A stretch of DNA of 64,000 nucleotides, taken from an uncultured Rhodopirellula sp. Its GTDB lineage: Bacteria; Planctomycetota; Planctomycetia; Pirellulales; Pirellulaceae. The notes beneath the pieces were generated by a model. That model worked only from the letters and a program-made list of their open reading frames with translations. It did not search any database and was not told the DNA's origin. Below, piece by piece: positions 54,435 through 64,000 of this stretch. The number at the start of each line of letters is the position of its first letter. The stretch's first letter is position 1. Location of the stretch: positions 1 through 64,000 of the forward strand of contig CAXGAI010000016.1 in assembly GCA_964007735.1 (NCBI GenBank), written 5' to 3'. The position numbers were made by a program, and so were the translations under genes.

Positions 54435-57400
54435 CTACTCGATATAGACAAATTCGTTAAGGTTCAACAAAGCCTGACTATAAAGCTCAAGGGCAGTGAG
54501 TTGCGTACTGTGATTATTAAGCCAACGACGCTCAAGGTACGATGTGAGTTTCACTAATTCATTATCATCAACGCCTTCGGTGAAGTATAGTAATTCACCG
54601 ATATCGCCATTCATGCGTTCTCCTTTTTCAGAGAATGCCTGAGTGTAGCCGCCGATACTGAGAGGGCCGCCAATGCCCGAGTCGATTTCACCGGTTAAAA
54701 TCGTTGAAAGGTCAGCCAGCACTTCGCCTTGTTTCATAATCTTCAACTCTAGCCGCTCAGCTTTCCAGCGAGCAATAATAAGTAATGGAGTGTTGTCAGG
54801 AATGGCATTAGCTGTCTTGAGCCTGCCGCTCCATTGTCCATTTATGTTTTGATCGAGGCCAAATTTACCATCTGCCGCGAAGCGTAAAAGAGCAAACGAG
54901 GCGATGTCTTTGTCACCATTCCGGCCTTTCACAAAGATGGCTTCATTGCGATTGCCTTTTCCATTGAATCGCAGGGTCATACAGACCGTATAGGCATTGG
55001 TTGCCCGTAAGACGGCAGCATCCGCCACTTCTAGCACATGATCGGCTTTCCCAAATTCTCCTCCCTGAAAACGAACCACCGGAAGACCTCCCATCCCGTT
55101 GAGTCGATTCGAGATAAGTTGTGGCTGACGAGTATCCTCGTTTTGGCGTAGGGGATCGAGCTTTTGGATATTGGCGGGTGACTGATCAATCCATTCGGCC
55201 ACCTTTTCGTTTGAACTTGCATCGAGGGCCCGGCTGTTTTTGACGCCTTTGTCGGCCCTCAGCCAAAGGGCTAGTTTCTTAGACGTTGGTGTGTATGTCA
55301 CGTCCGATTGATTGGCGAGGTACTCAGGTTCATTTACTTGGAATTGCTTAAGGAATTCTATGCTTGTTTCCAGTTCGTGCTCGTCCGGTGAACGCCCCAG
55401 AACAAAATTAAATCCAACCTTGGCTTGCTGGTGCAAATCATTACCAGCAATTGTTTTGATTTTCGCAGCTAAGGCCAGAGAGCGGTCTTGGGCAAAGCGA
55501 TTGTTTAGCAGGTAGAGTGATTGCAATGCCGACGTTGAAACTTGACGCTGGAGACAAGCTTCCGACAGAGAGGTTGGACCATCAAATAACTCCTGCAACT
55601 GGGGCGGCTTGTCCCTTTCCTGAAAGAGGTACATCGCACGGCGTAAATTGTCGATTTCCTGGCTGGTAGGTATGGAAACTCCACCGATTTCCCGTTGTAA
55701 TTCTCCACTGGCCACTAACAGGGAGTCGCGGATAGCTTCAGCCTCCAGCCTTCTGCGAGGCCATGCGGTCAGTAAAGTCTGGGACACCCGTGGTTTATCT
55801 GAAATACGAAAGTTTGCCCGTTGACGCCATGTCTGAGAAGAAACGATTAATTGGTGGAGATGTTTAGTGCTCCAGTTGTTATTAATCAATTCGATGGCCA
55901 GCCAGTCGAGTAGTTCGGGGTGGCTAGGTTTACTACCCCGGATCCCAAAGTTTCCCGGTGTTTCCACCAGTCCCTGGCCAAAGTGCATTTGCCAAATACG
56001 ATTTGCCCAAACTCTTGCCGTAAGGGGGTTTTCATTGGACACTAACCAATTCGCTAGAATCGTTCGTGACTTCTCATTGACTTTGATTTTGGGTGATGGG
56101 CCGAAGGCTTCCGGCCACCCGGGTGTTACGGTTGCCACCGTTTCAAAAATTTGCCCCCTCGCCAGCAGATAGTCTCTTTGATCCAAAAACCGAGCCTTGT
56201 CATGCATCAAAGGGAAGTTACCTAACATCGGCAGTGTACTGATTTGGTGCGGACTGGTGACCGGTGAGTAGAAGCCCCAGGTTTGGGATGTATCGTTGAT
56301 TATTTCATTAAGTTGTCCTCGTAGCTCCTCCAACCGCTTTTGTTCGTCGTCCATGATTCGAAAGCTATTACAACCAGCGATCTGGATGTTCATTCGAGTT
56401 CGATGGGGACGGAATTCTCTTTCTTGTTCCAGCGTTCTCTCTGATTCCGTTGAGTTCAATAGATCTCGGATCGCTTGTGGCTCTTCTTCGAAACCCGTAG
56501 ACAACACCCGTTTACGAACTTGGAGGTCGAAGTCTAGTAATTCAGTTGCAATTTGAGCAATGGATTCAGGCGGTTCGGAATCTTTAAGAACGAGGTTGCC
56601 AGGGAAGCCTTTGGTGAAAAATGCTTTCAGACGATAGAAGTCGCGTTGCGTGATCGGATCAAATTTATGATCGTGACAGCGTGCACAACCGAGTGTCAAA
56701 CCTAAAACAGAACGAGATAGTGTACTGACAATGTCAGTGTACATATCATTTTCAGCACGATAGAAGTGCAAGTCGTCTGCACTAATTCGAGCCGCCGCGA
56801 GGAAACCGGTGGCGACAATGTTTTCATCAAGGTACGGTTCCATTTCATCACCGGCAATTTGCTGTGTTAAAAAGTGAGCATATGATGTGTCGCGATTAAA
56901 ACTATTAATGACGTAGTCACGATAACGCCAGGCATGAGGACGAGGATTATTTTGAGCATAGCCTTCGGATTCAGCCCAGCGCGCAGAGTCGAGCCAGTGG
57001 CGTGCCATACGTTCGCCGTAATGAGGCGAATCCATGACTTTATTAATGGTCTCGTCCCATGAGACATTGGCATTCAAGTACTCGGCCAATTGTTTTTCTG
57101 TTGGCGGCATACCGTGTAGGACTAAGTACAACCTTCTAATGAGAGTTCTTTGATCAGCGTTTGGACTGGCGAATACCTCTTTTTCTCGATGAAGTTGGGC
57201 GACAAATGCGTCGATTGGATTTTTGGTCAGAATGCCGGATGCTTTATCATTGCCGTGCGTTTTGACAAGAAACTCGGACTTGGGGACTTGTGGCCTTTGC
57301 AGGGGCTGGAAAGCCCAGTGTTTTTGAGCTGCTAGCTGATTGGGATTGGGAAGAAGCTCTTCGTCCCATTTAGCACCCTGGTCGATCCATGCTCTTAGGA

Positions 57401-57785
57401 TTCCGATCTCCTCGTCAGAGAGACGTTCACCGTAATCTTCCGGTGGCATCTGCTTTTCCGGATCTTTTCCAGCAATGACTTCGATTAGTCGGCTGGCTTC
57501 ACTTCGACCAATAAGCAAAAGAGGTACTCCGTCGGATTCACCGAGGAGCTTGGCATGGTAATCCAGCCTCACTCCGGAATCTGGGTTGGAGCCTTTATGG
57601 CAATCAAAACAGGAGTGCCTAAGTATTGGTAATACGTCTTTACCAAAAGAAACTTCACGCTCGACCGATGGAGGTAAGTTTTGTACTTTGGTTTCATCTG
57701 CGATCGTAACCTCGGTCATACAGCTTAGGGCAATGGCTGAGACAAAGCATAGAGACCAAAACGGTATTTGGAGTGCAGAAAACAA
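54435..57785 (-). CDS. Planctomycete cytochrome c + DUF1549 (PSCyt2) + DUF1553 (PSD1) protein with inserted LamG-like domain
   Basis: CFDCH...MPP, HWAF, YGERMARHWLD, AWRYRDYVI, CARCHDHKFDPI, NPLTARV.ANR.W..HFG.G, HPELLDWLA, RRLEAE.IRD. Insert 'LWLRAD.G...GDIGELLYF' before the terminal 'LLNLNEFVYI'. Confidence 0.92.
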   Translation of the reverse strand: MFSALQIPFWSLCFVSAIALSCMTEVTIADETKVQNLPPSVEREVSFGKDVLPILRHSCFDCHKGSNPDSGVRLDYHAKLLGESDGVPLLLIGRSEASRLIEVIAGKDPEKQMPPEDYGERLSDEEIGILRAWIDQGAKWDEELLPNPNQLAAQKHWAFQPLQRPQVPKSEFLVKTHGNDKASGILTKNPIDAFVAQLHREKEVFASPNADQRTLIRRLYLVLHGMPPTEKQLAEYLNANVSWDETINKVMDSPHYGERMARHWLDSARWAESEGYAQNNPRPHAWRYRDYVINSFNRDTSYAHFLTQQIAGDEMEPYLDENIVATGFLAAARISADDLHFYRAENDMYTDIVSTLSRSVLGLTLGCARCHDHKFDPITQRDFYRLKAFFTKGFPGNLVLKDSEPPESIAQIATELLDFDLQVRKRVLSTGFEEEPQAIRDLLNSTESERTLEQEREFRPHRTRMNIQIAGCNSFRIMDDEQKRLEELRGQLNEIINDTSQTWGFYSPVTSPHQISTLPMLGNFPLMHDKARFLDQRDYLLARGQIFETVATVTPGWPEAFGPSPKIKVNEKSRTILANWLVSNENPLTARVWANRIWQMHFGQGLVETPGNFGIRGSKPSHPELLDWLAIELINNNWSTKHLHQLIVSSQTWRQRANFRISDKPRVSQTLLTAWPRRRLEAEAIRDSLLVASGELQREIGGVSIPTSQEIDNLRRAMYLFQERDKPPQLQELFDGPTSLSEACLQRQVSTSALQSLYLLNNRFAQDRSLALAAKIKTIAGNDLHQQAKVGFNFVLGRSPDEHELETSIEFLKQFQVNEPEYLANQSDVTYTPTSKKLALWLRADKGVKNSRALDASSNEKVAEWIDQSPANIQKLDPLRQNEDTRQPQLISNRLNGMGGLPVVRFQGGEFGKADHVLEVADAAVLRATNAYTVCMTLRFNGKGNRNEAIFVKGRNGDKDIASFALLRFAADGKFGLDQNINGQWSGRLKTANAIPDNTPLLIIARWKAERLELKIMKQGEVLADLSTILTGEIDSGIGGPLSIGGYTQAFSEKGERMNGDIGELLYFTEGVDDNELVKLTSYLERRWLNNHSTQLTALELYSQALLNLNEFVYIE

Positions 57786-57961
57786 AGGTAGGATATCGTT
57801 ATTCTTTAGAAGGTGAGCTTAACGAGCTCATTATAAATAAGATTCAATCCGAGTGCCGATTAATTGTCGGTGGAGGTGTTCTGTTTTTGGAACGCTGTGA
57901 TTGTTCTGCTAGGCTAATAAAGAGCCTGTTTCTACTTAATAGATTGTTTCGTGAATTCTTT

Positions 57962-60274
57962 ATGTACCTCCACCAACTTAAAAATGATATAGCCGTTCTG
58001 GCCATCACGTTGATTACCCTGCCAGTTTTGGCAGATGATTGGCCGCAATGGAGAGGGCCAAATCGTGATGCCAAGTCTAGTGAAACCGGCTTGTTGCAAG
58101 TCTGGCCAGTCGATGGGCCGCCTTTGAAATGGCAGACAGATTCGCTCGGTGAAGGGTATGCCAGTGTCGTAATTGCCAATGGCCGACTGCACACAATTGG
58201 TAATGAAGCAGGTACGATCTTTGCCTATGGTTTGAGTGAAGAAACCGGCGAGATTCTCTGGAAAACAAGAATCGGTGAATCCTCGAGACACGCGATGTCG
58301 ACGCCCACTGTTGATGGTGATTATCTCTATGCTTTAGATCCAGATGGAGAGCTTGCCTGTCTGCATGTTCTTACAGGAGAGATTCAGTGGCAGGTGGATT
58401 TCATTAGAGATTATGGTGGGAAGCTCCAGTCCGGACGAGGGTTTGGAGAATCGCCATTGATTGATGGTAAGTATCTGATTTGTACACCTGGAGGAGACGA
58501 AGCGATTGTTGTGGCCCTGAATAAAGCGACGGGTGAATTGGTTTGGAAAACCGCTGCTCCAACAGTTGGTGATAAAGGGGGGGATGGAGCAGCATTTTCA
58601 TCGATTGTGAAAGCACGGATTGGTGAAATTGATATGTATGTTCAGTTGGTAGGGCGTGGGCTCATCGGTATCGAGTGTAGGGGAGGAAGGTACCTCTGGG
58701 GATACAACGATATCTGTGCAGATATCGTCAATATTCCGACTCCCGTGATTCAGGATGACTATGTATTTTCTGCCAATGGGTATAACTCCGGTAGCGTCTT
58801 GCTTCAGTTAAAGCCAGTCGGAGCAAAAGAGATTGATGTTCACGAAGTCTATCGGTTAGCAGGAAATCAGTTTCAAAATCATCATGGTGGCGTGGTTGCC
58901 CTCAATGGAAAAATATTTGGCGGACATGGTAGTAATAATGGCTTGCCTACCTGTGTGGACTTTCAGAGCGGAAAGGTCCTTTGGAAGCGACGTGGTCCTG
59001 GTGTCGGATCGGCGGCCGTGGTCTACGCCGATAACCGATTTGTGTTTCGCTATCAAAACGGAGTGGTGGCCTTGTTGTCAGCAGACAAAGATGGATTCAC
59101 TATTGAGGGAAAGTTTCAGATTCCCGGGGCAGGTGGGGATAGTTGGTCCCATCCGGTGATTGCCAACGGCGCATTGTTTTTGAGAGAACAGAACTCTCTT
59201 TATGTTCACAATCTCGATGACGATGGAGACGCAGAGGCCGAGATGACTACGGAAATCGCAAGTGTTTTCACGGAGGACATTAAATGGGGACTTAATCAAT
59301 TAGGTGTCGAGCATAGTAGTGTTGGACAGCTTCAGCAACATTCCTCAACATTTGATATTGAACAATTTTATAGCTATGTCGTTGATCAGACGGATATAAA
59401 TGCGGTGGGCGTGATTCCGGTCGTATCGCTGAAACCAAATGAGGATGATGAATTTGCACCGGAGGTAATCAATATACTGAAGAAAGCATCTCACGACTTT
59501 GTGGTTGATTTAACAGGTTTGAAGTTGAACGCACGTCAAATTCAGCAGGTGGAACAACTAAGTCATATGAAAGGCATGGACTTACAGTTTTGCACTGGTT
59601 TGTCATCGGAGGTGTTAGATTTGGTTGGGCAAATCGAAGGCTTACGGGCTTTAAGATTGGCCGGAACAGATGTTTCGAATGAATCGATAGAGCTGATTAC
59701 GAAATTGTCTTCGCTACAGTCTTTGGATCTTGAAGTTTGTGAGAATATCTCTGATGTTGCATTGCCGAAGATCGTAACGATGACTGAATTACGATGCCTG
59801 ATTTTGAAAAAAACGGCATTTGAGAAACTCAAAATAACTGACAAAGGTGTTGCTAATTTGTCACAATTGCCGAAGCTCGAAGTTTTGAGTCTTTATGGAA
59901 ATCGAGTCACCGATGTAGGAATGCAGTCCATCTCGCAGCTTTCAGCTCTCAGGGTCTTGGACTTAAGCCTTGTGGGAATTAAAGACAAAGGCGTTGCGAC
60001 TCTGGCTCCGCTTGAACAGCTTGAAGAGCTTTATTTGTTACATAACACAGGATTTGCCGGCCCTATTTTGACAGATCAGGCAGTTCAGACGATCAAAGGT
60101 TTTACAAATCTTCGACAGCTGAGCCTAGTGGGAGCTAAAGTTTCCAATGAGAGTGTTGAGTCGTTGTCAGGTTTGAAGAAATTGGAGAGACTTCAATTAC
60201 AGTATTCACGAATTGATGCCGAAGGAATTAGAGTGATACAGGAAGCTCTCCCTGATCTATCGATTACTAAGTGA
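57962..60274 (+). CDS. PQQ-binding-like (BamB-like) beta-propeller fused to a C-terminal leucine-rich repeat domain
   Basis: DDWPQWRGPNRD, 'WP..GPP..W', W-ending blades, 'WSHPVIANG.LFLR'. C-terminal LxxLxLxxxx(V/I)(T/S)D repeats. Start moved to MYLHQ (57962). Confidence 0.85.
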   Translation: MYLHQLKNDIAVLAITLITLPVLADDWPQWRGPNRDAKSSETGLLQVWPVDGPPLKWQTDSLGEGYASVVIANGRLHTIGNEAGTIFAYGLSEETGEILWKTRIGESSRHAMSTPTVDGDYLYALDPDGELACLHVLTGEIQWQVDFIRDYGGKLQSGRGFGESPLIDGKYLICTPGGDEAIVVALNKATGELVWKTAAPTVGDKGGDGAAFSSIVKARIGEIDMYVQLVGRGLIGIECRGGRYLWGYNDICADIVNIPTPVIQDDYVFSANGYNSGSVLLQLKPVGAKEIDVHEVYRLAGNQFQNHHGGVVALNGKIFGGHGSNNGLPTCVDFQSGKVLWKRRGPGVGSAAVVYADNRFVFRYQNGVVALLSADKDGFTIEGKFQIPGAGGDSWSHPVIANGALFLREQNSLYVHNLDDDGDAEAEMTTEIASVFTEDIKWGLNQLGVEHSSVGQLQQHSSTFDIEQFYSYVVDQTDINAVGVIPVVSLKPNEDDEFAPEVINILKKASHDFVVDLTGLKLNARQIQQVEQLSHMKGMDLQFCTGLSSEVLDLVGQIEGLRALRLAGTDVSNESIELITKLSSLQSLDLEVCENISDVALPKIVTMTELRCLILKKTAFEKLKITDKGVANLSQLPKLEVLSLYGNRVTDVGMQSISQLSALRVLDLSLVGIKDKGVATLAPLEQLEELYLLHNTGFAGPILTDQAVQTIKGFTNLRQLSLVGAKVSNESVESLSGLKKLERLQLQYSRIDAEGIRVIQEALPDLSITK

Positions 60275-60377
60275 TCTTCGAATTCCCTGTTTGTTGTTTG
60301 CTGCCTTACGATGTTTTATCAACAATGGAGTTAGTTAATCGCTTTAGCTACCGGACTTTTATTAACCGATCTTAAAG

Positions 60378-61727
60378 ATGAACCTTCCTACTAACCGCCG
60401 AGAATGGATTTCTGCAGGAGCTTTAGGCTTCTTGAGTGGCGGAGTGATGTCCGGGATTTCCAATGGTAATGAACAACAGGAACGTCCACGCAATTTTGGT
60501 ACAGCGAAGTCATGTGTCGTGGTATTCCTGTTTGGCGGGCAGGGACAACAGGATACTTACGACCTGAAGCCCAACGCGCCGGCGGAGATTCGTGGTGAGT
60601 TTACTCCGATTTCGACAAATGTTATCGGGACTCAGATTTGCGAGCATTTGCCGCATCTGAGTAAGCTGATGGACAAAGTCACCATTGTGCGCAGTATGTC
60701 GCATACAGATTTTGAGCATGGCTCCGCTTCCTATACAGCTTTGACAGGACATCCTCATCCTTTGCCGGGAACTAATACGCCGGCTCGTCGCGAGGATTTT
60801 CCGACTTATGGAGCGGCGGTGGCTCATTTGAAGCCGACACAAGGCCCCGTTCCCAGTGCAACGGTCTTAGGCCCTGTGATGCATCAAGGTAATCGTCCAC
60901 CAATGGCCGGACAGAATGCAGGTTTCCTTGGCCATGCTTTTGAGCCGTTCCGGGTGGACCGGGATCCCAATGATACCGATTTTTCGGTTGCAGAGCTGGC
61001 CTTGCCGGCAGAGGTTAATGGGGCGAGGTTTGATCAACGCTACGATTTGCTAAACAGGCTTGAACCGCGGTTCCGGGCAGTGGATAGACTTGGTGAGATT
61101 CGTGGCATGACGGATTTGAAGCAGCGTGCCTTTGGCTTGCTTGGATCCGGAAAGAGTCGTCAGGCCTTTGATTTAGGTAACGAGACGGAGCAGTTGCGAG
61201 ATCACTATGGCCGACATAAGTTTGGTCAGACGATGCTGCTTGCCCGTAGATTGGTAGAAGCTGAAGTACCTTTGATCACGGTGAACTGGGCACGTTCCAA
61301 TCGTGAGGAATGGGATACGCATAGTAAGAATTACCCGACAATGAAGGATCGCCTGTTACCTCCATTTGATCAGGGTATATCAGCGTTTATCGCCGATTTA
61401 GATGCTCGTGGAATGTTGGACTCGACGTTGGTGATTGCACTTGGCGAGTTTGGTAGGACACCTAAGATTAATAAAGATGCCGGGAGAGATCACTGGCCCG
61501 ATGTTTATTCTCTTCTTGTGGCCGGAGGAGGCGTAAAGAGAGGAGTTGTTGTGGGTGAAAGCGATCAGCATGCGGCTTTTCCAAAAACAGACCCCATTGC
61601 TCCCTGGGACTTAGCGGCAACGATGTATCACCTGTTAGGCATTGGACCAGAGACTCATGTCTTCGATCGAGCGGGTCGTCCGTTTTCTTTGTCACCAGGC
61701 CGGGTAGCCACTGATCTATTGAGCTAG
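60378..61727 (+). CDS. DUF1501 domain protein (Tat-type signal)
   Basis: NRREWI, AKSC...FLFGG....DTYDLKP.AP.EIRGEF.PI, LARRLVEA, WDTH, GEFGRTP.IN..AGRDHW. Confidence 0.92.
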   Translation: MNLPTNRREWISAGALGFLSGGVMSGISNGNEQQERPRNFGTAKSCVVVFLFGGQGQQDTYDLKPNAPAEIRGEFTPISTNVIGTQICEHLPHLSKLMDKVTIVRSMSHTDFEHGSASYTALTGHPHPLPGTNTPARREDFPTYGAAVAHLKPTQGPVPSATVLGPVMHQGNRPPMAGQNAGFLGHAFEPFRVDRDPNDTDFSVAELALPAEVNGARFDQRYDLLNRLEPRFRAVDRLGEIRGMTDLKQRAFGLLGSGKSRQAFDLGNETEQLRDHYGRHKFGQTMLLARRLVEAEVPLITVNWARSNREEWDTHSKNYPTMKDRLLPPFDQGISAFIADLDARGMLDSTLVIALGEFGRTPKINKDAGRDHWPDVYSLLVAGGGVKRGVVVGESDQHAAFPKTDPIAPWDLAATMYHLLGIGPETHVFDRAGRPFSLSPGRVATDLLS

Positions 61728-61788
61728 TGTTATCTATAGTTGTGTTAGCCCTGCAGGGTTGTCTTGCCCGGTTACTGAAGTTGTACGA

Positions 61789-63378
61789 ATGATGGATTGT
61801 CAAATGATGAAAACTTTGCTTGCTATTGTACTTATGATTTGTTGCACGATCGTTGGTGCGGCTGAATCGCCAAATTTTATTATCGTTTATGTGGACGATT
61901 TGGGATGGGCTGATACGTCTGTACCGATGATGCTCAGCGATCCGGAAAGTAAGAGTGATTTCAATCAGACCCCTTACCTGGAAAAATTAGCAGCGCGAGG
62001 GATGACATTTTCAAGTGCCTATGCTCCAGCTCCGACCTGTACTCCCTCTCGCAAGAGTATTCAGTTTGGAAAGACGCCTGGCCGTTTAGGTTACACCTTC
62101 GTGCACGATGTCTTGGCATTGCAGAAAAAGCTCTCATGGAAAGATGAAGTCTCCATGGCCGATATTATCAAAGCTGCCAATCCCAATTATGTGACCGCGC
62201 ATTTCGGTAAGGGGATGAGTGGTGATCGGATGGAAACAATTGGGTATGACATCACGGATGAGGTGGACGGCAATGCCACGAATGATAATTTCCATGGCGA
62301 ATATGACAGTATTGGAAATCGTAAGCCGTTGCCGCCTGATAATCCGAAGCGAATGGCTTCATTACAGAAGCGTTCGGTGGCATTTATTGAGGAGCATGGT
62401 GGGAAGCAGCCGTTTTTCATGATGGTGTCGCATTATGCAGTGCATGTACCGCATGCGGCGCGGGCGGATCTAATCGAAAAGTACCGCAGTTTACCGCGCG
62501 GAAAATATCTTCAGGATGAAGATTACTTGCCGGAGGAACAAATTCCTGAGGGTCGTAAAATCAGTCATTGGCGTTTGCAGTACGCTGCGATGCTTGATGA
62601 AGTAGATCAGGGTTTGGGGGCGATTATGCTGGCTGTTGAGAAGGCCGGTCAGACCGAGAATACCTTTATTATTTTCACTTCGGATAACGGCGGTGGGCTC
62701 AACCCAAACGGAACGTTACGTGGAGGAAAAGCCAATTTATATGAAGGCGGATTACGAGTGCCGTTTGTTGTCGCCGGGCCTGGCGTGAGGCAAGGGGCGC
62801 AGTGTGATGTGGCGATTAATCAGTGGGACTTGTTGCCAACCTTACATGATTACTCCGAAAGTGATGAAGCGTTACCGGAGGATCTGGATGGCGGTAGCTT
62901 ACGTCCGGTGTTTGAGTATGGGAATGCTGCAAAAGTAGAACGGAATGTTGAAGGATTTGTCTATCATTACCCTTGTTACTTTGCTCCGCCGCTAACGGTG
63001 ATTCGCCTGGGGGACTACAAACTGATGGAGCATCATCTAACGGGTGAACAGAAATTATTTAATGTCGCAACGGACTATTATGAGCAGCAGAATCTGGTGG
63101 AGGACTTGCCACAGAAGGCTGCTGAGTTAAAAGCGGTGATGGATAAGTATTTGGAAGAAATCGATGCCGAGGATGTCCAGGATGTTTATCAAGCCCGGTT
63201 CGCCGAGCTAGATCGCTTTGAAAAGAATGCACGCGAGCAGTACAAGAAGAGGATTGAACGGGCTGGGGAAGAAAAGAGGTTGATTGATGAAGCCAACAAC
63301 TGGCTTCGTGAACAGCTAGAACGCTTCGATCGTAATCGCAAAGAATGTCGTGAGAACATGCAGGGTAAAATGTTTTAA
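61789..63378 (+). CDS. Sulfatase (formylglycine-dependent) with C-terminal coiled-coil extension
   Basis: PNFIIVYVDDLGW, CTPSR, HFGK, HYAVHVP, TSDNGG, LYEGGLRVP. Start uncertain (61789 or 61804). Confidence 0.9.
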   Translation: MMDCQMMKTLLAIVLMICCTIVGAAESPNFIIVYVDDLGWADTSVPMMLSDPESKSDFNQTPYLEKLAARGMTFSSAYAPAPTCTPSRKSIQFGKTPGRLGYTFVHDVLALQKKLSWKDEVSMADIIKAANPNYVTAHFGKGMSGDRMETIGYDITDEVDGNATNDNFHGEYDSIGNRKPLPPDNPKRMASLQKRSVAFIEEHGGKQPFFMMVSHYAVHVPHAARADLIEKYRSLPRGKYLQDEDYLPEEQIPEGRKISHWRLQYAAMLDEVDQGLGAIMLAVEKAGQTENTFIIFTSDNGGGLNPNGTLRGGKANLYEGGLRVPFVVAGPGVRQGAQCDVAINQWDLLPTLHDYSESDEALPEDLDGGSLRPVFEYGNAAKVERNVEGFVYHYPCYFAPPLTVIRLGDYKLMEHHLTGEQKLFNVATDYYEQQNLVEDLPQKAAELKAVMDKYLEEIDAEDVQDVYQARFAELDRFEKNAREQYKKRIERAGEEKRLIDEANNWLREQLERFDRNRKECRENMQGKMF

Positions 63379-63533
63379 GTTGAGATGTCTGGTTTGTATT
63401 CAATTTGAAAGATTATTCATCAATCTGACAACGCTTTTTAAGCGTTGATCGCCCCATTATCTGCATGAAATAACAATGGTATGAGAATTGCAGTTGGTAA
63501 GGAAAAGACTTTAGATTGCAAAGGAGACTCCTT

Positions 63534-63956
63534 ATGAAAAACAATTGTTTGCTTTTCACCATGGCAGTGATGTTAGTGTTGGGCACGATTGTCAGTGCAG
63601 ATATGACCATTCGAAAATCCGGGTCACTTTTTCTCACGGTTGACAGTAGTGGAAATGTAAGGGAATCCGGTCGATTAGTCGGACGTATCGAGTCGAATGG
63701 AAATATTCGTGCTTCAGGTCGATTAGTGGGTTCGATTAGTAGTAGCGGTACTTTAAGAAAGTCGGGATCCTATCTGGGAGAAGTACAATCGAATGGAAAT
63801 CTGCGAAAGAACGGAAGGCTTGTTGGCCAAATCTCCAATAGCGGGACGATTCGCATACAAGGCAGGCTCTGGGGTAATGTCAGCTCTTGCTGCTCTGATT
63901 CTGAACGTCGTACGGTGGCTGCTGCGATCGTGTTCTTTGGGGAATTCTTTGATTAA
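63534..63956 (+). CDS. Small secreted protein built of five to six 16-aa Gly-rich beta-hairpin repeats (beta-flower-like)
   Basis: AGGAG RBS before MKNN. Signal peptide. Tandem 16-aa repeats followed by a C-terminal helix. Confidence 0.8.
   Translation: MKNNCLLFTMAVMLVLGTIVSADMTIRKSGSLFLTVDSSGNVRESGRLVGRIESNGNIRASGRLVGSISSSGTLRKSGSYLGEVQSNGNLRKNGRLVGQISNSGTIRIQGRLWGNVSSCCSDSERRTVAAAIVFFGEFFD
63645..63884 (+). repeat. Five tandem 48-nt (16-aa) coding repeats
   Basis: SSGNVRESGRLVGRIE, SNGNIRASGRLVGSIS, SSGTLRKSGSYLGEVQ, SNGNLRKNGRLVGQIS, NSGTIRIQGRLWGNVS. DNA ggtcgattagt occurs at 63669 and 63717. Confidence 0.88.
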
Positions 63957-64000
63957 GGCTGATTAGTCTCGACAGGTAAAGCCTTCCGATCAGGTTCATT

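Noticed and set aside
1929..63637. Numerous short (60-190 aa) ORFs antisense to or out of frame within long genes, e.g. 8926-9489, 17973-18425, 31776-32243, 44864-45292
   Set aside because: They overlap well-supported genes, show no recognisable motifs, and read like shadow ORFs.
63645..63884. 48-nt periodic repeats as a CRISPR array
   Set aside because: The repeats are degenerate, in frame within a coding sequence, lack unique spacers, and no cas genes are present.

Overview
Gene-dense bacterial window that looks like Planctomycetota (probably Pirellulaceae). The evidence is a planctomycete-type dockerin-terminated adhesin, an ECF sigma/Ser-Thr kinase pair, a PVC-type CxxCH heme protein, DUF1501 and DUF1549/DUF1553 proteins, and several sulfatases. 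I find about 40 credible CDSs, one tRNA gene (anticodon CGA, Ser) that folds better as a non-canonical 8/4 tRNA, and two clear intrinsic terminators. No CRISPR array, rRNA, transposase, integrase or prophage gene is visible. The most notable items are: (1) a co-oriented locus of a single-HKD PLD-family protein, an NfeD/YqiJ-like protein, a flotillin and a giant AAA+ ATPase, with a perfect 20-bp palindrome upstream and a highly foldable ~140-nt element inside it; (2) an ECF sigma factor next to a membrane kinase whose sensor is a TAXI-type solute-binding domain, followed by a dicarboxylate/amino-acid symporter; (3) the 8/4-type tRNA-Ser; (4) a Gtr-like surface modification cassette with two methyltransferases; (5) several unusual domain fusions and repeat proteins. 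All family assignments come from motif recognition by eye. No database searches were run.
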